DNA from: the human T2T-CHM13v2.0 reference genome, Homo sapiens
Assembly (NCBI RefSeq): GCF_009914755.1
Contig: NC_060929.1
DNA: 64,000 bases
Reading direction: 5' to 3' (one strand)
The notes below the pieces were generated by a model. It searched no databases and was not told where the DNA came from. It saw only the letters and a list, made by a program, of their open reading frames with translations. Numbering within the stretch: the stretch's first letter is position 1; every line of letters begins with the position of its first letter. Positions 35,731 to 51,304 of this stretch are shown here, piece by piece. The position numbers were made by a program, and so were the translations under genes.

Positions 35731-36025
35731 TGTTTTTGTTTGTTTGTTTGTTTATTTGAGACAGGGTCTCGTTGGGTCACCCATGCTGGAGTGCAGTGGC
35801 GTGATCTTGGCTCACTGCAGCCTTGACCTCCCAGGCCCAAGTGATCCACCCATCTCAGCCTCCTGAGTAGCTGGGACTACAGACATGCACCACCACGCCC
35901 AGCTAATTTTTGTATTTTTTGTAGAGATGGGGTTTTGCCATGTTGCCCAGGCTGGTCTCTAATGATCCTCCCATGTTGGCTTCCCAAAGTGCTGTGATTT
36001 ATAGGCGTAAGCCACTGTTCCTGGC
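35731..36025 (-). mobile_element. AluJ inserted in a MIR (~35630-36180)
   Basis: Reversed dimer; MIR halves on both sides. Confidence 0.85.
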
Positions 36026-36737
36026 CAGTTTCTTTGTCTTTAAAATGAAGGTAATAATGATGATAATTAGGATAACTACCTACCTCTCTTATAAGTTTGT
36101 TGTGAGGAAAAAAATGAATTAATATTTAATTCTGTGTGCTTTTAGAACAAGGCCTGGCATATAATAGTGTATATATTTGCTGTGACTACTGCTACTTAAA
36201 AAATTTTTTTTTGGTGCGTTTAGAAAGCATTAGAAATCTGGGACATGTAGAGAAAATAGTCTCTTGTTGATGATGATTAGACAAAAAGTCCATACATTGC
36301 ACAGAACATTAGTCCCCATTAGGAACCTTCCTAGGACTCTAGACATTTTGTTAAGATTTCTCACAGTATATTTGGGCACAAGAAATAGGGCCCAGAAACA
36401 GGACAAAGATGGAGCTGGTATCTGGTTGTGTGACCACATCCAAAGATGCTGGTGGTATCACTTCAGGAGGAAGATCCTGGTGGTGGGCTGAGGAGCTCTG
36501 TGTTTAACAGCCTGTTCATATGTTATATAATGTGCCTATATAACAGACATAAATGTATTCACAATCCGTTCATCACTGAGTGCAATAAAATATGCAAGGC
36601 ACATTCATCACACTGTGGACCACATACAGCTGAGAGAAACAATGAATGCATTGCCTGATAGAATTATGATCCCCAAAATATCTTGCCAGAAATCTAATTA
36701 GATAGTATTTAATAGAGCTAAAGGTAGAGTAACATAT

Positions 36738-37495
36738 TGAAAGACAGGACCAGCTGGATGTCCTAGGCTGACTAAGAATCCCTAAGCCTAGCTGGGAAGG
36801 TGACTGCATCCACCTTTAAACACAGGGCTTGCAACTTAGCTCACACCCGACCAATCAGGTAGTAAAGAGAGCTCACTAAAACGCTCATTAGGCAAAAACA
36901 GGAGGTAAAGAAATAGCCAATCATCTATTGTCTGAGAGCACAGCGGGAGGGACAATGACCGGGATTTAAACCCAGGCATTCGAGCTGGCAACGGCTACCC
37001 TCTCTGGGTCACCTCCCTTTGTATGGGAGCTCTGTTTTCACTCTATTAAATCTTGCAACTGCACACTCTTCTGGTCCGTGTTTGTTACGGCTTGAGCTGA
37101 GCTTTCGCTCACTGTCCACCACTGCTGTTTGCTGCTGTCGCAGACCCGCCGCTGACTTCTATCCCTCTGGATCCAGCAGGGTGACCGCTGTGCTCCTGAT
37201 CCAGCGAGGCACCCATTGCTGCTCCCAATCGGGCTAAAGGCTTGCCATTGTTCCTGCACGGCTAACTGCCTGGGTTCATCCTAATCGAGCTGAACGCTAG
37301 TCACTGGGTTCTAGGTTCTCTTCCGTGACCCACGGCTTCTAATAGAGCTATAACACTCACTGCATGGCCCAAGATTCCATTTCTTGGAATACGTGAGGCC
37401 AAGAACCCCAGGTCAGATAACACGAGGCTGGCTACCATCTTGGAAGCCCCCCGCCACCATCTTCGGAGCTCTAAGAACAAGGACCCCCGGTAACA
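36738..37495 (+). mobile_element. Solo HERV-W LTR (LTR17), 758 bp
   Basis: TGAAAGACAGGACCAGCTGGAT...CCTAAGCCTAGCTGGGAAGGTGAC start and CCCCCGGTAACA end; two CCAAT boxes, ATTAAA; 4-bp TSD ATAT. Confidence 0.92.
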
Positions 37496-37989
37496 ATATC
37501 TTGGTCCACAAAATATCCAGTTGAACTGATTGAAGGGTGGTTAAGTATGTAGTTTTTGCACTCAACTTCCCCTCTCCCTGTTGATAAGGTAAACCTGATT
37601 ATTCTCTAGGGACTACTTCCTCTCCTCTTCTAGCCCACAGGCTGATTCAGTGGAATTGGCTATATCCCTGGTCAGGGGCAGAACATGTGGCTTAGAACTA
37701 AGCCACTCAGCACTAGCATTATCCTGGCCATGGAGATGGATTCAGGGATGTGACCCAATTAGAGCCCACGAAAAGCAATGATACGTTTGATATGTTGACT
37801 GGGGTTGTCGAGAACAATACTGTTGCTTTATTCTACCACCCATGAACCTGGAAGCCACCTGGTGACATCTTTCTCTTACCAGAGAAAGGTGGAGATATTT
37901 TCTCTGCCCTGCCCCCGCAACCCCGCCACCCCCCTACAACCAAAAAAAAAGAAAAAGAAAAAAGAAATCTTAGCCTAGGTCAATCTCCC

Positions 37990-38337
37990 GAAGCATTTCC
38001 CCAATGTTTTCTGGTAGTTTCATGTCTTACATTTAAATCTTTAATCCATTTTGATTTGACTTTTGTATATGGTGAGAGATAGGGGTCTAGTTTTATTCTT
38101 CTGCATATAGATATCCAGTCTTCCAGCACCTTTTATTGACGAGACTGTCCTTTCCCAAATGTATGTCTTGGTGCCTTTGTTAAAAATGAGTTGACTGTAA
38201 ATGTGTGAACTTGTTTCTGGAATCTCAATTCTGTTCCATTGGTCTACGTGGCTGTTTTTATGCCAGTATCATGCTATTTTGGTTACTATAGCCTTGTAGT
38301 ATAATTTGAAGTCAAGTAATGTGATGCCTCCAGCTTA
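37990..38337 (-). mobile_element. L1 fragment
   Basis: TTTAATCCATTTTGATTTG...GTAATGTGATGCCTCCAGCTT. Confidence 0.8.
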
Positions 38338-38749
38338 AGTCAATTTACATAGATTTTGTGTATTCGTTTGGATTTTCTTTTTAATCACTGAAAAAGTTCT
38401 GACTGATAAAACGTTTTAAAAAAGAACTTGGAGTTTTAGCTGGAAAATTAGCTCTATAGAAATAAACAGCGTTGTAATAAATTAGTAGGAAGTCTGGCTG
38501 AATTACCAAATCTAGTAGCCATATTGAGGGCAGTGATAGGCCTTTTCCATTCTTAACTGGTCAGTGTCATATTGAGGTCTATGGTCTCAATTAAACAGGG
38601 GTATAGTGGCTGGAGAACATTCAGAGGTGAGTGACTGGAGGTATGAATGGACTTTAATCATGTCACGTGAAGAATGGTTGAAGGAGATAAATGTGTCTAC
38701 TCTGAAGATTATTCCAGGGGTCATGATAGTAGCCTTCAGATAGTTAAAG

Positions 38750-41055
38750 AGTTTTTTTAATTAAAAAAATTGTGCAGGAGGCTGAGGCAGGAGAATGGTG
38801 TGAATCCGGGAGGCGGAGCTTGCAGTGAGCCAACATCGCGCCACTGCACTCCAGCCTGGGCAACAGAGCGAGACTCTGTCTCAAAAAAAAAAAAAAAAAA
38901 TGTGGTAAAAGATACATAAAATTTGAAATTTTAACCATTTAAGTGTACTTACAGTTCAATTGCATTATGTCCATTCACACTGTTGTGTAACCATCACTAA
39001 AACTCATCTTTTCATCTTCCAAATCTCTGTACTCATTAAACTGTAACTTCCCATTCTTTCCCATCCCCAGTCCCTGGAAACCACCATTCTGCTTTCTGTC
39101 TATGAATTTGACTACTAAAGGCACCTCATGTATGTGGAATCAATAACCGTTGTCCTTTCGTGACTGGCTTATTTCACTTAGCATAATGTCCTCAAGGTTC
39201 ATCCATGTTGTAGAATGTGTCAGAATTATCTCCCTTTTTAAGATTTAATAATATTTAATTGTATGTATGCATCACATTTTGTTTATTCATTACCTGTCAG
39301 TGGACACTTGCGTTGTTCCCATCTTTTGGCTATTGTGAATAATGCTGCTGTGAACATGGGTCTACAAATCTTTTTGCATTCCTGCTTTTAATTCTTTTGG
39401 GTATATACTCAGAAGTGGAATTGCTAGATCATGTGATAATTCCATTTTTAATTTTTGAAGGAACCACCATACTGTCTTCCAAACGGCTGCACCATTTTGT
39501 ATTTCCACCAAAGTGCACAAGAGTTTCAATTTCCCCATATCCTTGCTAACACTTATTATTTGTTGTTTGGGTTTTAAAAAAAATAATAGCCATCCTAATG
39601 ATGGTGAAGTGGTATTTCATTGTGGTTTTGATTTGCATTTCTCTAATATTAGTGACAGTGAGCATTTTTCCAAGTGCTTATTGGCTATAGGCATATCTTT
39701 CAAGAAATGTCTATTCAAATCCTTTGCCCATTTTTAATTGAGTTGTTTGGCTTTTTGTTGCTGGGTTGTAGGAGTTCTTTATATATTCTGAATATTAAAC
39801 CTTTATCAGGTATATGATTTGCAAATATTTTCTCTCATTCTGTGGGTTGCCTTTTCATTCTGTTGATAGTGTCCTTTGATGACAAAGCTTTTAATTTTGA
39901 TGTAGTCTAATTTGTTGATTTTTTCTTCTGTTGTCTGTGCATTTGATGTCATAGCCAAGAAATCATTGCCAAATCCAGTGTCATGAAGCTTTTCCCTAGG
40001 CTTTTTTCTATGAGTTTTACAGTTTTAGGTCTTATGTTTGGGTCTTTGATCCATTTTGAGTTAACTTTTATATATGGTGTAAAGTAAGGGTCCAAATACA
40101 TTTTTTTCCACATGGCTATCCTGTTTTTCCAACATCATTCATTGAAAATACTATTGTCTTAGTCTGTTTCCTGCTGCTATAACACAATACTATAGACTGG
40201 GTAATTTATAAATAAACTTATTTGGCTCATGGTTCTTGAGGCCAGGAAGTCCAAGGGCATGATGCCAACATGTGGTGAGGATGATCTCATGGCAGAAGGG
40301 TGAAAGGCAGAAGCGAGCATCTGAGACAGAAGAGGAAATCAGGCCAAACTCATTGTTTCTATCAGGCACCCATGCCAGAAGATATCTAACTCACTCCTAA
40401 TATAACAGTATTAATCAATTCATCAGAGCAGAGCCCTCGTGCTCCAATCACCTCTAAAAAGCCTACCTCTTAATACTGGTACAATGACAGTTAAATTTCA
40501 ACACAACTTTCAGTGGGAACATTCAAGTCATAGCAACTATTCTTTCCCTATTGAATGGTCTTGGCACTCTTGTGGAAAATCAGTTGACCATAAATGTATG
40601 GGATTATTTCTGGACTTTCAGTTCTATTCTACTGATCTATATGTCTGTCTGTATGCCAGTACCACACTGTTTTCATTACTGTAGCTTTGTAGTAAGTTTT
40701 GAAATCAGGAAGTGTGAAACCTCCAACTGTTCTTTTTGAAGATTGTTTTGGCTATTTTGGGGTCTCCTGAAATTCAATATGTATATTAGGATGATTTTTC
40801 TATTTCTGTAGAAAACATCATTGGGATTTTGACAGAGATTATATTGAATCTGTAGATTGCTTTGTGTAGTACTGGCATCTTAATAATATTAAGTTTTCTA
40901 ATTCATGGAACATAAAATGTCTTTCCATTTACTGGTGTTTTCTTTAATTTCTTTCAGCAATGCTTTGTAGTTTTCAGTGTACCAGTCTTTTACCTCCTTG
41001 GTTATTCCTAAGTATTTTATTCTTTCTCATACTATTGTAAATAGAGTTGTTTTTC
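38750..41055 (-). mobile_element. L1MB-like element inserted into an L3/CR1 relic (~38400-38745 and ~41060-41330); contains a 3'-half AluY at 38777-38900
   Basis: Reversed L1 3' UTR and ORF2 (GACTGGCTTATTTCACTTAGCATAATG); flanks carry CR1-like motifs (GAATGGTTGAAGGAG, GTGAGCTTCCTGTCACTG). Confidence 0.75.
40155..40535 (-). mobile_element. MaLR LTR (MSTC/MSTD-like) inserted in an L1
   Basis: TGTCTTAGTCTG...CATAGCA with 5-bp TSD ACTAT. Confidence 0.85.
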
Positions 41056-42119
41056 GAAGGGCTTTTATGCAAACAATTTTATGGTTAAATTGCTGTGTGA
41101 GACTCCAGTAGTTAGAAATAGCAGTGGGTGAGAGTGACAGAGAGACAGGTATTCTAATTATTATTAGAGCTTATAAAAATGGACCGAGTCACCTCAAGAA
41201 GTAGTGAGCTTCCTGTCACTGAAGATGACCTCTCTTGGCTAGATGACCACCAAACCTGTTTAGAAGGAATTTAGACATAAAGTGAAGCACAGTGTAGGGG
41301 GAAAAGGAAGACGTGTGAAGCAGAATAGCATGTACTTCAGAATTCCTTCTGGCCCTGCGATGTACACTAAACCACAGCACAACAAGGAAATAGGAAATGA
41401 AGGAGCTTCCCTAGAAGTTATTTAGAAAGAGCCAATCTAAGTTGCGGTCAATGCAAATAATTGGGCACAAACTTAGAAACTGTACAGAGAATTTCTATAG
41501 AAATGAGGAAGCATGATGTAGAAATAACAAGTACAAAGAAAAGTATGACTGATGGTCCTAATGGAATCTAAAATGAGAGCAGGAAAGTTTTTTTCTACTG
41601 ACAATCAGAAACCCACTTATTAAGATGTCTAAAAGATCTACATAAACAAACAATACCTCAGTCCTTCCTTGTCTCCTTCCTATTGCTCCTCTCTCTCTCT
41701 CTCTCTTTCTCATCTATTTGTCATCTATGTTTCTTTCCACACTGCTTACATGAGGAGCATGTTTTGAATGGTCTTGCCTCTCTCACTGCTTTAAACAGAT
41801 AGACTTCTGTACGGGTGCATAAAGAGAGATTCCAGAATACACACAGGGTGAGAGACTCTGAGGGTAGAAAATGGAAGAAACATGAAGAAATAGGAAGAAA
41901 GAAGCATGTGAAGACACGCAGATTATATTTTATTTAAAACTCTGCCGCTGCTGCCGGAGACTGATCTGGGCGGCAGTTGGCGGCCTCGGCTAGCGGCCAG
42001 GAGCCACTTCTGCGGGTGCCCAGAGAAGCAAAAGTCGCCGGTCCCATGTCGTCGCCCTCTCTGCCCCCCAGGAGGGGCAAGAGGGAGCCACGGCCGATGA
42101 CAGAAATACACTTTCCGAG

Positions 42120-43210
42120 ATGGCCTCTAAATCCTGGCTGAATTTTTTAACCTTCCTCTATGGATCGGCAATAGGGTTTATTTTATTTTCTCAGCTACTT
42201 AGTATTTTGTTGGGAGAAGAGGGTGACACCCAGACTAATGTTCTTCATAATGATCCTCATGCGAGGCATTCAGATGATAATGGACAGAATCATCTAGGAG
42301 GACAAATGAACTTCAATGCAGATTCTAGCCAACGTAAAGATGAGAACACAGACATCGCTGAAAACCTCTATTAGCAAGTTAAAATTCTTTGCTGGGTTAT
42401 GACAGGCTCTCAAAACCTACAGAAAAAGGCCAAACATGTCAAAGCTACATGGGCCCAGCGTTGTCTAAAAGTATTTTTTATGAGTTCAGAAGAAAATAAA
42501 GACTTCCGTGCTGTGGGATTGAAAACCAAAGCAGGCAGAGATGAGCTATACTGGAAAACAATTAAACCTTTTCAGTATGTTCATGAACATCATTTAGAAG
42601 ATGCTGATTGGTTTTTGAAAGCAGATGATGACACATATTTCATACTAGATAATTTGAGATGGCTTCTTTCAAAATATGATTCTAAAGAACACATTTATTT
42701 TAGGAGAAGATTTAAGCCCTTTGTAAAACAGGGCTGTATGAGTGGAGGAGCAGGATATTTACTAAGCAAAGAAAGCCTTGAAAAGATTTCTTGATGCATT
42801 TAAAACAGACAAGTGTCACATAGTTCCTCCACTGAAGACTTAGCACTGGGGAGATGCATGGAAATTATAAATGTAGAAGCAGGAGATTCCAGAGATCCCA
42901 CTGGAAAAGAAACTTTTCATCCCTTTGTTTCAGAACACCATTTAATAAAGGTTATCTACCTAGAACCTTTTGGTACTGGAATTACAACTATTATCCTCCT
43001 GTAGAGGGTCCTGGTTGCTGTTCCGATCTTGCAGTTTCTTTTCACTATGTTGATTTTACAACTGTGTATGTGTTAGAATACCTCGTTTATCATCTTCATC
43101 CATATGGTTATTTATACAGATATCAAGCTACCTTACCTGAAAATATACTAAAGGAAATTAGTCAAGCAAACAAAAATGAAGGCACAAAAGTGAAGTCAGG
43201 AAACCCTTGA
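42120..43210 (+). pseudogene. C1GALT1P2: Processed pseudogene of C1GALT1 (core 1 beta1,3-galactosyltransferase / T-synthase), disabled CDS
   Basis: Intronless match from MASKSWLNFLTF to KVKSGNP*. Premature TAG at 42372-42374 (codon 85), +1 shift near 42773, -1 near 42817 and -1 near 42948; 1091 nt versus 1092 expected for 363 aa plus stop. KADDDTY motif retained. The symbol is from recall of the locus. Confidence 0.93.
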
Positions 43211-43607
43211 AAGAAAATCATGAATGAACAAAGGTAAAATGTCTAGCATTGCCCTGAAGAAGGACTTCTGCATTTCTGACATAGAGCACTGGAATCCCAG
43301 TGAGGAATTCTAAGTGAACATTCCATATAGAAATCTTTCACTTGAATGACTATAAACTGAAGCTTTAAATGAGCTGTGAAGTCTGTTAAAATGTGTTTTG
43401 ATACAGTCATATAAAAATATATCTATATATATAAGAAGAACTTGTGTTTTTAAAATGGTGGCCAAGTAGAGGAACTAGAAAAGAGATTTTGTTGTCTATT
43501 TTTGACCATCTGTATTATTGTCACTGAGAAACTAAAACAATTGAATTTGCTAAAACTACACTGCACCATATTAGTAATAAACAGATCTGCCTTAAAGAAA
43601 ATTTTAG

Positions 43608-43931
<324 letters not shown>

Positions 43932-44892
43932 TCAGTGTTGTTAATACAGCTCAAGAGTTGAGTTTATATTTGCAGGATGATATAAATGATCCAACCCCCC
44001 CAACACATATAGTTTTTGTCTAATGGAAATTTTGCTGTGATTATTTATAATTGGCAGTATTTCTTCCAGAAGAAGCTAAAATAAGACTGGCACTTATCCT
44101 GAAGTTCCTTAATAAAACCGCACTTTAAAATTATCATGGGCCTTGACTATATTATATATTTGATTCTAATTAGTAATCCTTTACTGAATCTCTGTTGTCT
44201 CTTTTCTAAATATGTTTAGCCACCCTTGAATACCATTCTCCACTATTAATATTAATTTACTCAAAGTATTCACAGCATTCTGTAAACATGTATTTGATAA
44301 TATTTGTTCCCAAATTTACCCATTGTTAATTATGGGTGACTAATAATAAATTTAATGCTATTTGAGGATGCTTTTCTTGTATCAGTGCCACTCTCAGGAA
44401 TTACTAAGTGACATTTTAAATTGATTATTTTAAACTCTTTCTAACTACATAGTTATGATTTCTTTCATTCTCATCCTGTTGAGAGATGAGAACGTGTTTG
44501 TGCCTTTCATAACTTGTTTAAAGCAGAGTTTTAGAATTCATTTTTAGGATCTAAGGTGGCTATTAGTTACACTGGCAAGATTATTTTGAATGCAAGATTT
44601 TGACAAGAATTAATTAAAAACAATAGAAAATGCAGAGTGCTTAAATGTGATATATTGAAAGAGTAGATACTTAACTTATAAATAGCAATCTGAAGGTTGA
44701 TGCTGACTTACTATTTTGGGATAATTGTCTTGCCAATGGATAATTCTAACAACGCAGAATACCTATTCAAGGCTGTCATCAAAAACATTCACAAATGTTT
44801 CATTCTATTTTTAGTGACTCTGTTTAAAGACTTTCTGAAAGGAAAGAACATTTTTATTTTTATTATCTTTAGCAATACTGAGTGTGTCATAA

Positions 44893-45322
<430 letters not shown>

Positions 45323-45639
45323 TAATTTCTATTTATTGTGCCAAAACATGTCAAAATCATGACTCTTTGAATGGTTTATTTGAGAGGATGTTCATTTCAT
45401 TGGCTAACCATGGATTACTCTGCCCACATAGTGAAAACATGCACCAATTTTTACCTATTATCATGGTAGTATCATCTGCCAAAATTTCAAGGCATTCATT
45501 TTATTCTTTGAACAACTCTTTACCATAGTGTGGACATGAATTTTCATATGTGTTACTTGACTAGAAGTATAAATGGTTTACTATAAATATCCAAAAACCT
45601 TAAGATTTGCTCATAGGAAATGAATGTTGTCATGAATCC

Positions 45640-46160
45640 TGGGCTCTAGAGTCAGACTTGCTTGGGTTTAAATTCTTGCTCCAACACTTACTGTTTTTGT
45701 AACCTTGAGCAATTTTATTTAATATTTCCGTGTCTCAATTTTCTCATCTGTAAATTAGGGATGATAATACTACCTACCTCACAGGATTTTTGTGAGGATT
45801 AAATAAATGTAAGGTTCTTAGAACACTGTCTGTCCCAGAATAAGGGAGCAATAAATAGAAGATTGTATTATTATTCTATTACCTTGGAGTGTAGCTATTG
45901 CATTTAAGTGAATAAAAAATTTGCTTTGACCAGATACTGAAGGAAATATTTCATACATTTCTTAATAAGTAATAGCTAGTATTTATCGAGTGCCTACTGT
46001 GTGCTAACTATTGTGCTTAGATAATCTGTGTATAATAGTGTTAATGCTCAAAATTTGGGTGTTATTCCCATGTTATAGATAAGGAAACTGAGGCCTGGAG
46101 AATTAAAGTAACTTTGCCACTTTCACAAGGCTAGTAAGTAACAGAGGCAGGATTTATATT
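45640..46160. mobile_element. Two MIRs in opposite orientations inside the putative retrocopy 3' UTR
   Basis: CTCATCTGTAAATTAGGGATGATAATAC (+) and TAGATAAGGAAACTGAGGC (-). Confidence 0.7.
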
Positions 46161-46289
46161 CAAACCGTGTGTGTTCATTTGAACTGTATCAGGCTTGGAG
46201 TTAGTCATTTAGCATTATTTCCATTTTTATTTATATGATATATGACATCTGATACATTGGCCAGTAATACCCAAATTAACCCAGCCAAG

Positions 46290-46622
46290 TTATCATAGTG
46301 ATTCTTAAACTGTGGTTAGCATACTTGCCTAGGATGTTGTTAAAATGCTGATCTGCAGACCCCAGTCTCAGAAATTCTAACTTAAGCATGGGGCCCAAGA
46401 GTATATGCATTCTTACCAAATACCCTAGGACAGTGATTGTCAAAAGTGTGGTCCCAACAAACAGCATCAACATCACCTGGGAACCTGTTGGAAATGCAAC
46501 CTCTCTCAGGGCCCCATCTCAGATCTACTAAATCAGATACTCTAGGAGCAGGGGCAGGGGCCAGCAGTTGTGTTTAAGCAAACTCTGCAGGTGTCTTTGT
46601 TATCCTAGTTTGAGAACCACTG
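46290..46622. mobile_element. MER5-type hAT relics
   Basis: AAAGTGTGGTCCC...CAGCATCAACATCACCTGGGAAC...TTTGAGAACCACTG. Confidence 0.7.
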
Positions 46623-47871
46623 CCAATACCTACATGATTTTGGTGCAAATAGTGTTTGAAGCACACTGAAGATTACTGCCCCATTATTAAGACATTTTTC
46701 AAAAAGCATGTTTTAAATCAGTGTAGTCCAGGATCACATAATATTAAATATAAAATAAAGATAATTTAAAGGGTCATTGGATCCTTCATTTTGGCCAAAT
46801 TTGTAGCTTCTCCAAAGTGACTAATATCAGGGTCCACGATAAAATCTGTAATTCTCCAAGTTTAGTAATTTTATATTGAGGCAGGAAGGGTTCATTAAGT
46901 ACTAATAAGTACAAAATTTATTAAAAGCATACATAAAATCAGTGTCATCAAAAAGGTCTACAATTGTTAGTAAAAACAATTTAAATTGAAGTAGTAAATG
47001 CTATTTTATAACATACAGAGCACTTTTCTGCCAATTCATTCTGTTTTGTGTGACCTAATAAAGCAAAAACAAAAACAATTCTCCAAGTATTTCATAGAGC
47101 ACATAAAACCAGATTTCATGATGATGATGTATTCACTATCTTTTAGATTAAGATCTTCGTTATTTAGATAAATTATTTTAGTATGGTTTTAAAACATAAG
47201 GCTTTTGATGTCTTATGTTCTCTAATGATGGTATGCTTATATTTTCTAGTGGAAAGTTCATAGATAAAGCCAATTTTTGTCGCAGTTTGTTTTCAAATAT
47301 CATAAATTTCAGAGGAGTTTTTCTTACTGTAATGAGATACGAAAATAAACCACTGATCGGCTTTTAATATTATTTGAATATGGAATTGGATTTGAGCATT
47401 AAATTTGCTAACTGGTTATTTTCACAATTGTTTTCTTGAGTATTAATTTTTCACTTCTTTGAGACTGTCAAACCATAGTTATTAGCAGGCTGATGCACTT
47501 TTGTACTTGAAAGAATCCCTTGATTGATTAAATTATATCTAGCATTTTATTCTCCATTTGTTTTCAGTTCATTAGACTATTATTCTTTGACAGTTTCTGC
47601 TTTGTATTTATTGCCCTTCTTTATTTGTTTTATTACTAATTCCCATTTTCTAGTTACTCTTAAATGCTGCCTTCAAAGGGTTAATTTGGCTGTTAATAGT
47701 GACTAAAATTTTTATTACTTAATTGAAAATTTTAAACCTACGAACTGGGTTTCCCTATGAGATTGAAAGTAAAAGTCTAAGAATAATGCCTGCTGGCTCT
47801 CAAGATAGTTGCCCTACTTAAAAATCTAGAATTTTAAATTAATTCTGCATCTACAATTATTATTATTACTG

Positions 47872-48156
<285 letters not shown>

Positions 48157-48368
48157 ACATCTACAATTATTAAAGGAAGTAAAGTTATTTGGATTCTTCC
48201 ACTCACCCTTTTCTCAAAAACAAAAAAAACCAAAACCCATTTGCTTTGTTTTTCTTCTTTATAGTAGGCCTGACAGAAACATACTGAAGCAATCTGGGAG
48301 ACAACCTGTGATAGATCCTATGCTAAATGTTAATGTTACCTCTGTTGATTTAAAAACACGTGTTTAGG

Positions 48369-48750
<382 letters not shown>

Positions 48751-49180
48751 TTACAAATTCTCTTTAGAGAAACCAGCTCTAAAGTTTTAGGGTTGAATTG
48801 TGCTCTATTTCAATTCCCTTACCTCTCTAGTTTTCAGTTTATATTAGTTAAATTTTAATAACTTTGCAGGGCCCGGCAAATTAATAACCTACATGAAGTA
48901 TTTTATCAGAGGGAAACTAATCTTACTGCTGAGCAGTGTGTTGTACTACATAGTGAATGTTTGTGTTTTGGAATCTAACAATTATTTAAGGTAATGGTGT
49001 TATGAATGGTTTAAAAATGTCTGGTGACTTGCTTATTTTAAGTGATCACCATTAAGTCAGAAAAATGTATTTTTAAATGTTTCTTAAAGTGGCTTTTGAA
49101 CATTTTTAAACAGTTGATTTAAATAATGCATAAGATAAATTACCATGTTCAAAGTTAAAAAAAAAAAAAAACTTGGGTGT

Positions 49181-49545
<365 letters not shown>

Positions 49546-51054
49546 AATTGTGTTTTAATTGTAATATGTATATATATGAAATGTGTAAAAGTCCGTAAAA
49601 GCCTGGAAGAACGTGCATCAAAAAGTCTATAGAGATAATCTCTTGGATATTCTTCAGAACTTTCTATATTTTTCAAATTCTCTATAATGAATTTATGTTC
49701 TTTTATACCTGTCAGAATAAACCAAATTCAGGCTTACTAGCTTTAATAAACTAATACTAAGGGGGTACACAGAGCCTAGCATATCTATAACTAAGAAAGC
49801 AAGTCCTTGCTGTTTGATAACATCCTAAAAAAGAAAAAAGTATGTATTTTGCTAATTCTGACCTTTATAAATACTCTAGTAGGTTTTTTTTTAAAAAAGA
49901 CATAGGTATGTATTTTAATTTTTATTAATTTTTACCTAAAAATTGGAAGAATAGACAGCCTTAAGATCATTTCTTTCCTTCATTTTTCATGGTCAAAAAA
50001 CCTAACTGATTTCTGGATGTATCATAAATTATCCAATGTCAAGGGCTTAGCATTAATACTGGTATGTCAGACACGTAATAGGCTATTAAAAATGTTTTAG
50101 ATTAGAGGACCTTCCTTAGAGTATCTCAAGTTTTACAAAAAGTTCCTTTTTTAGAGCTTCATATGGTGGCTCTGTCCTTGGGTTATTATGGAGCTCTTTG
50201 GGAAAGCCCTTGACTGCATCGGTTACTGGGCCCATTTTGTTGAAATTACCCAGAAGTTAGCTTGACATTTGTTCTGCCTAAGCTGTGACCCTTTTGCAAA
50301 AGGGCCAGGTCAGTGGAAGGGCACATTGGGTATTGCAATTTCAAGAGCTCAGACCAGGGTAATTTGGGGAGGCTTTCTTTGGTTTATTCTATTCTGAGGA
50401 TTCTTGGGTGACTAAACACATCCTAGGGTCACCAATGATGTCTGGATTCATTTTGGACAACCACAGAGGACTCTGAAGCTCTTTCTTAGATTGTTCCTTG
50501 AAATAGAATTGATTGCCTCTGAAGAACTCATTCATCCATTTACTCATCTACCATATGCTAGTAAAATTGTAGTTACAAAGGCTACAGAGTTTCTGTCCCT
50601 AAGAAAGACATGCCCTAGTGGGAAGACAAATGTCTTATTTATGATTGAGACATACTGGAGATATTATGGCAGGACGGGAAGAATCACTTCAATGAACAGT
50701 TTCCTGGGCATTCCTCTAATTCCCTCTCTCCCCCTGCGGGATTATCCTGAATGCTTTGAAGAAACTGCATTCTTAGGGGTACCCAGAATGACCTATCCAC
50801 AAAGTGGCGTCTTTCCACCTTTAAGGAGCATGCCAGGCCTTACACTGCACCACGATGGCTTCATGGGACAACATTGCCACCCACTGGTAATAAAGAGTCT
50901 CTGTGGACCTTCACCTGGGCCCTGAGTCAATCTGGAACTCTTTGGCCATGCAAGAACAAGTTAAAGGTCATTGATACAGCTGGCTGGCATTGAAACAAAA
51001 TTAGTCTCATGTGACTTTTTTCAAATATATCAGGTGACACAAAGCATACATATA

Positions 51055-51300
51055 GAAAAATGGTAAGAGCACAAGCTCTGGGGCCTCACCTCTAGAGTCT
51101 GATTCTGGCACTGCCACTTACCTGCTAGCTATGTGACCTTAGGCAAGTTGCTTAACATCTCTATGTCCGTTCTTCACTTGCCAAATGGATAAGAATAGTG
51201 CCTCCCCCTTAGGGCTGTTCTGAGAGCTAAATGAATTAATTCATATGAAGTGCTTAAAGCAGTGCCTGGCCCAGAGTAAATATTCAAAGTGTGTTAATTA
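51055..51300 (+). mobile_element. MIR
   Basis: CTATGTGACCTTAGGCAAGTTGCTTAAC...AGTGCCTGGC. Confidence 0.7.
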
Positions 51301-51304
51301 GTGG

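Noticed and set aside
50491-50925. 144-aa ORF in unique sequence
   Set aside because: Non-ATG start and no homology or splice support that I can see.
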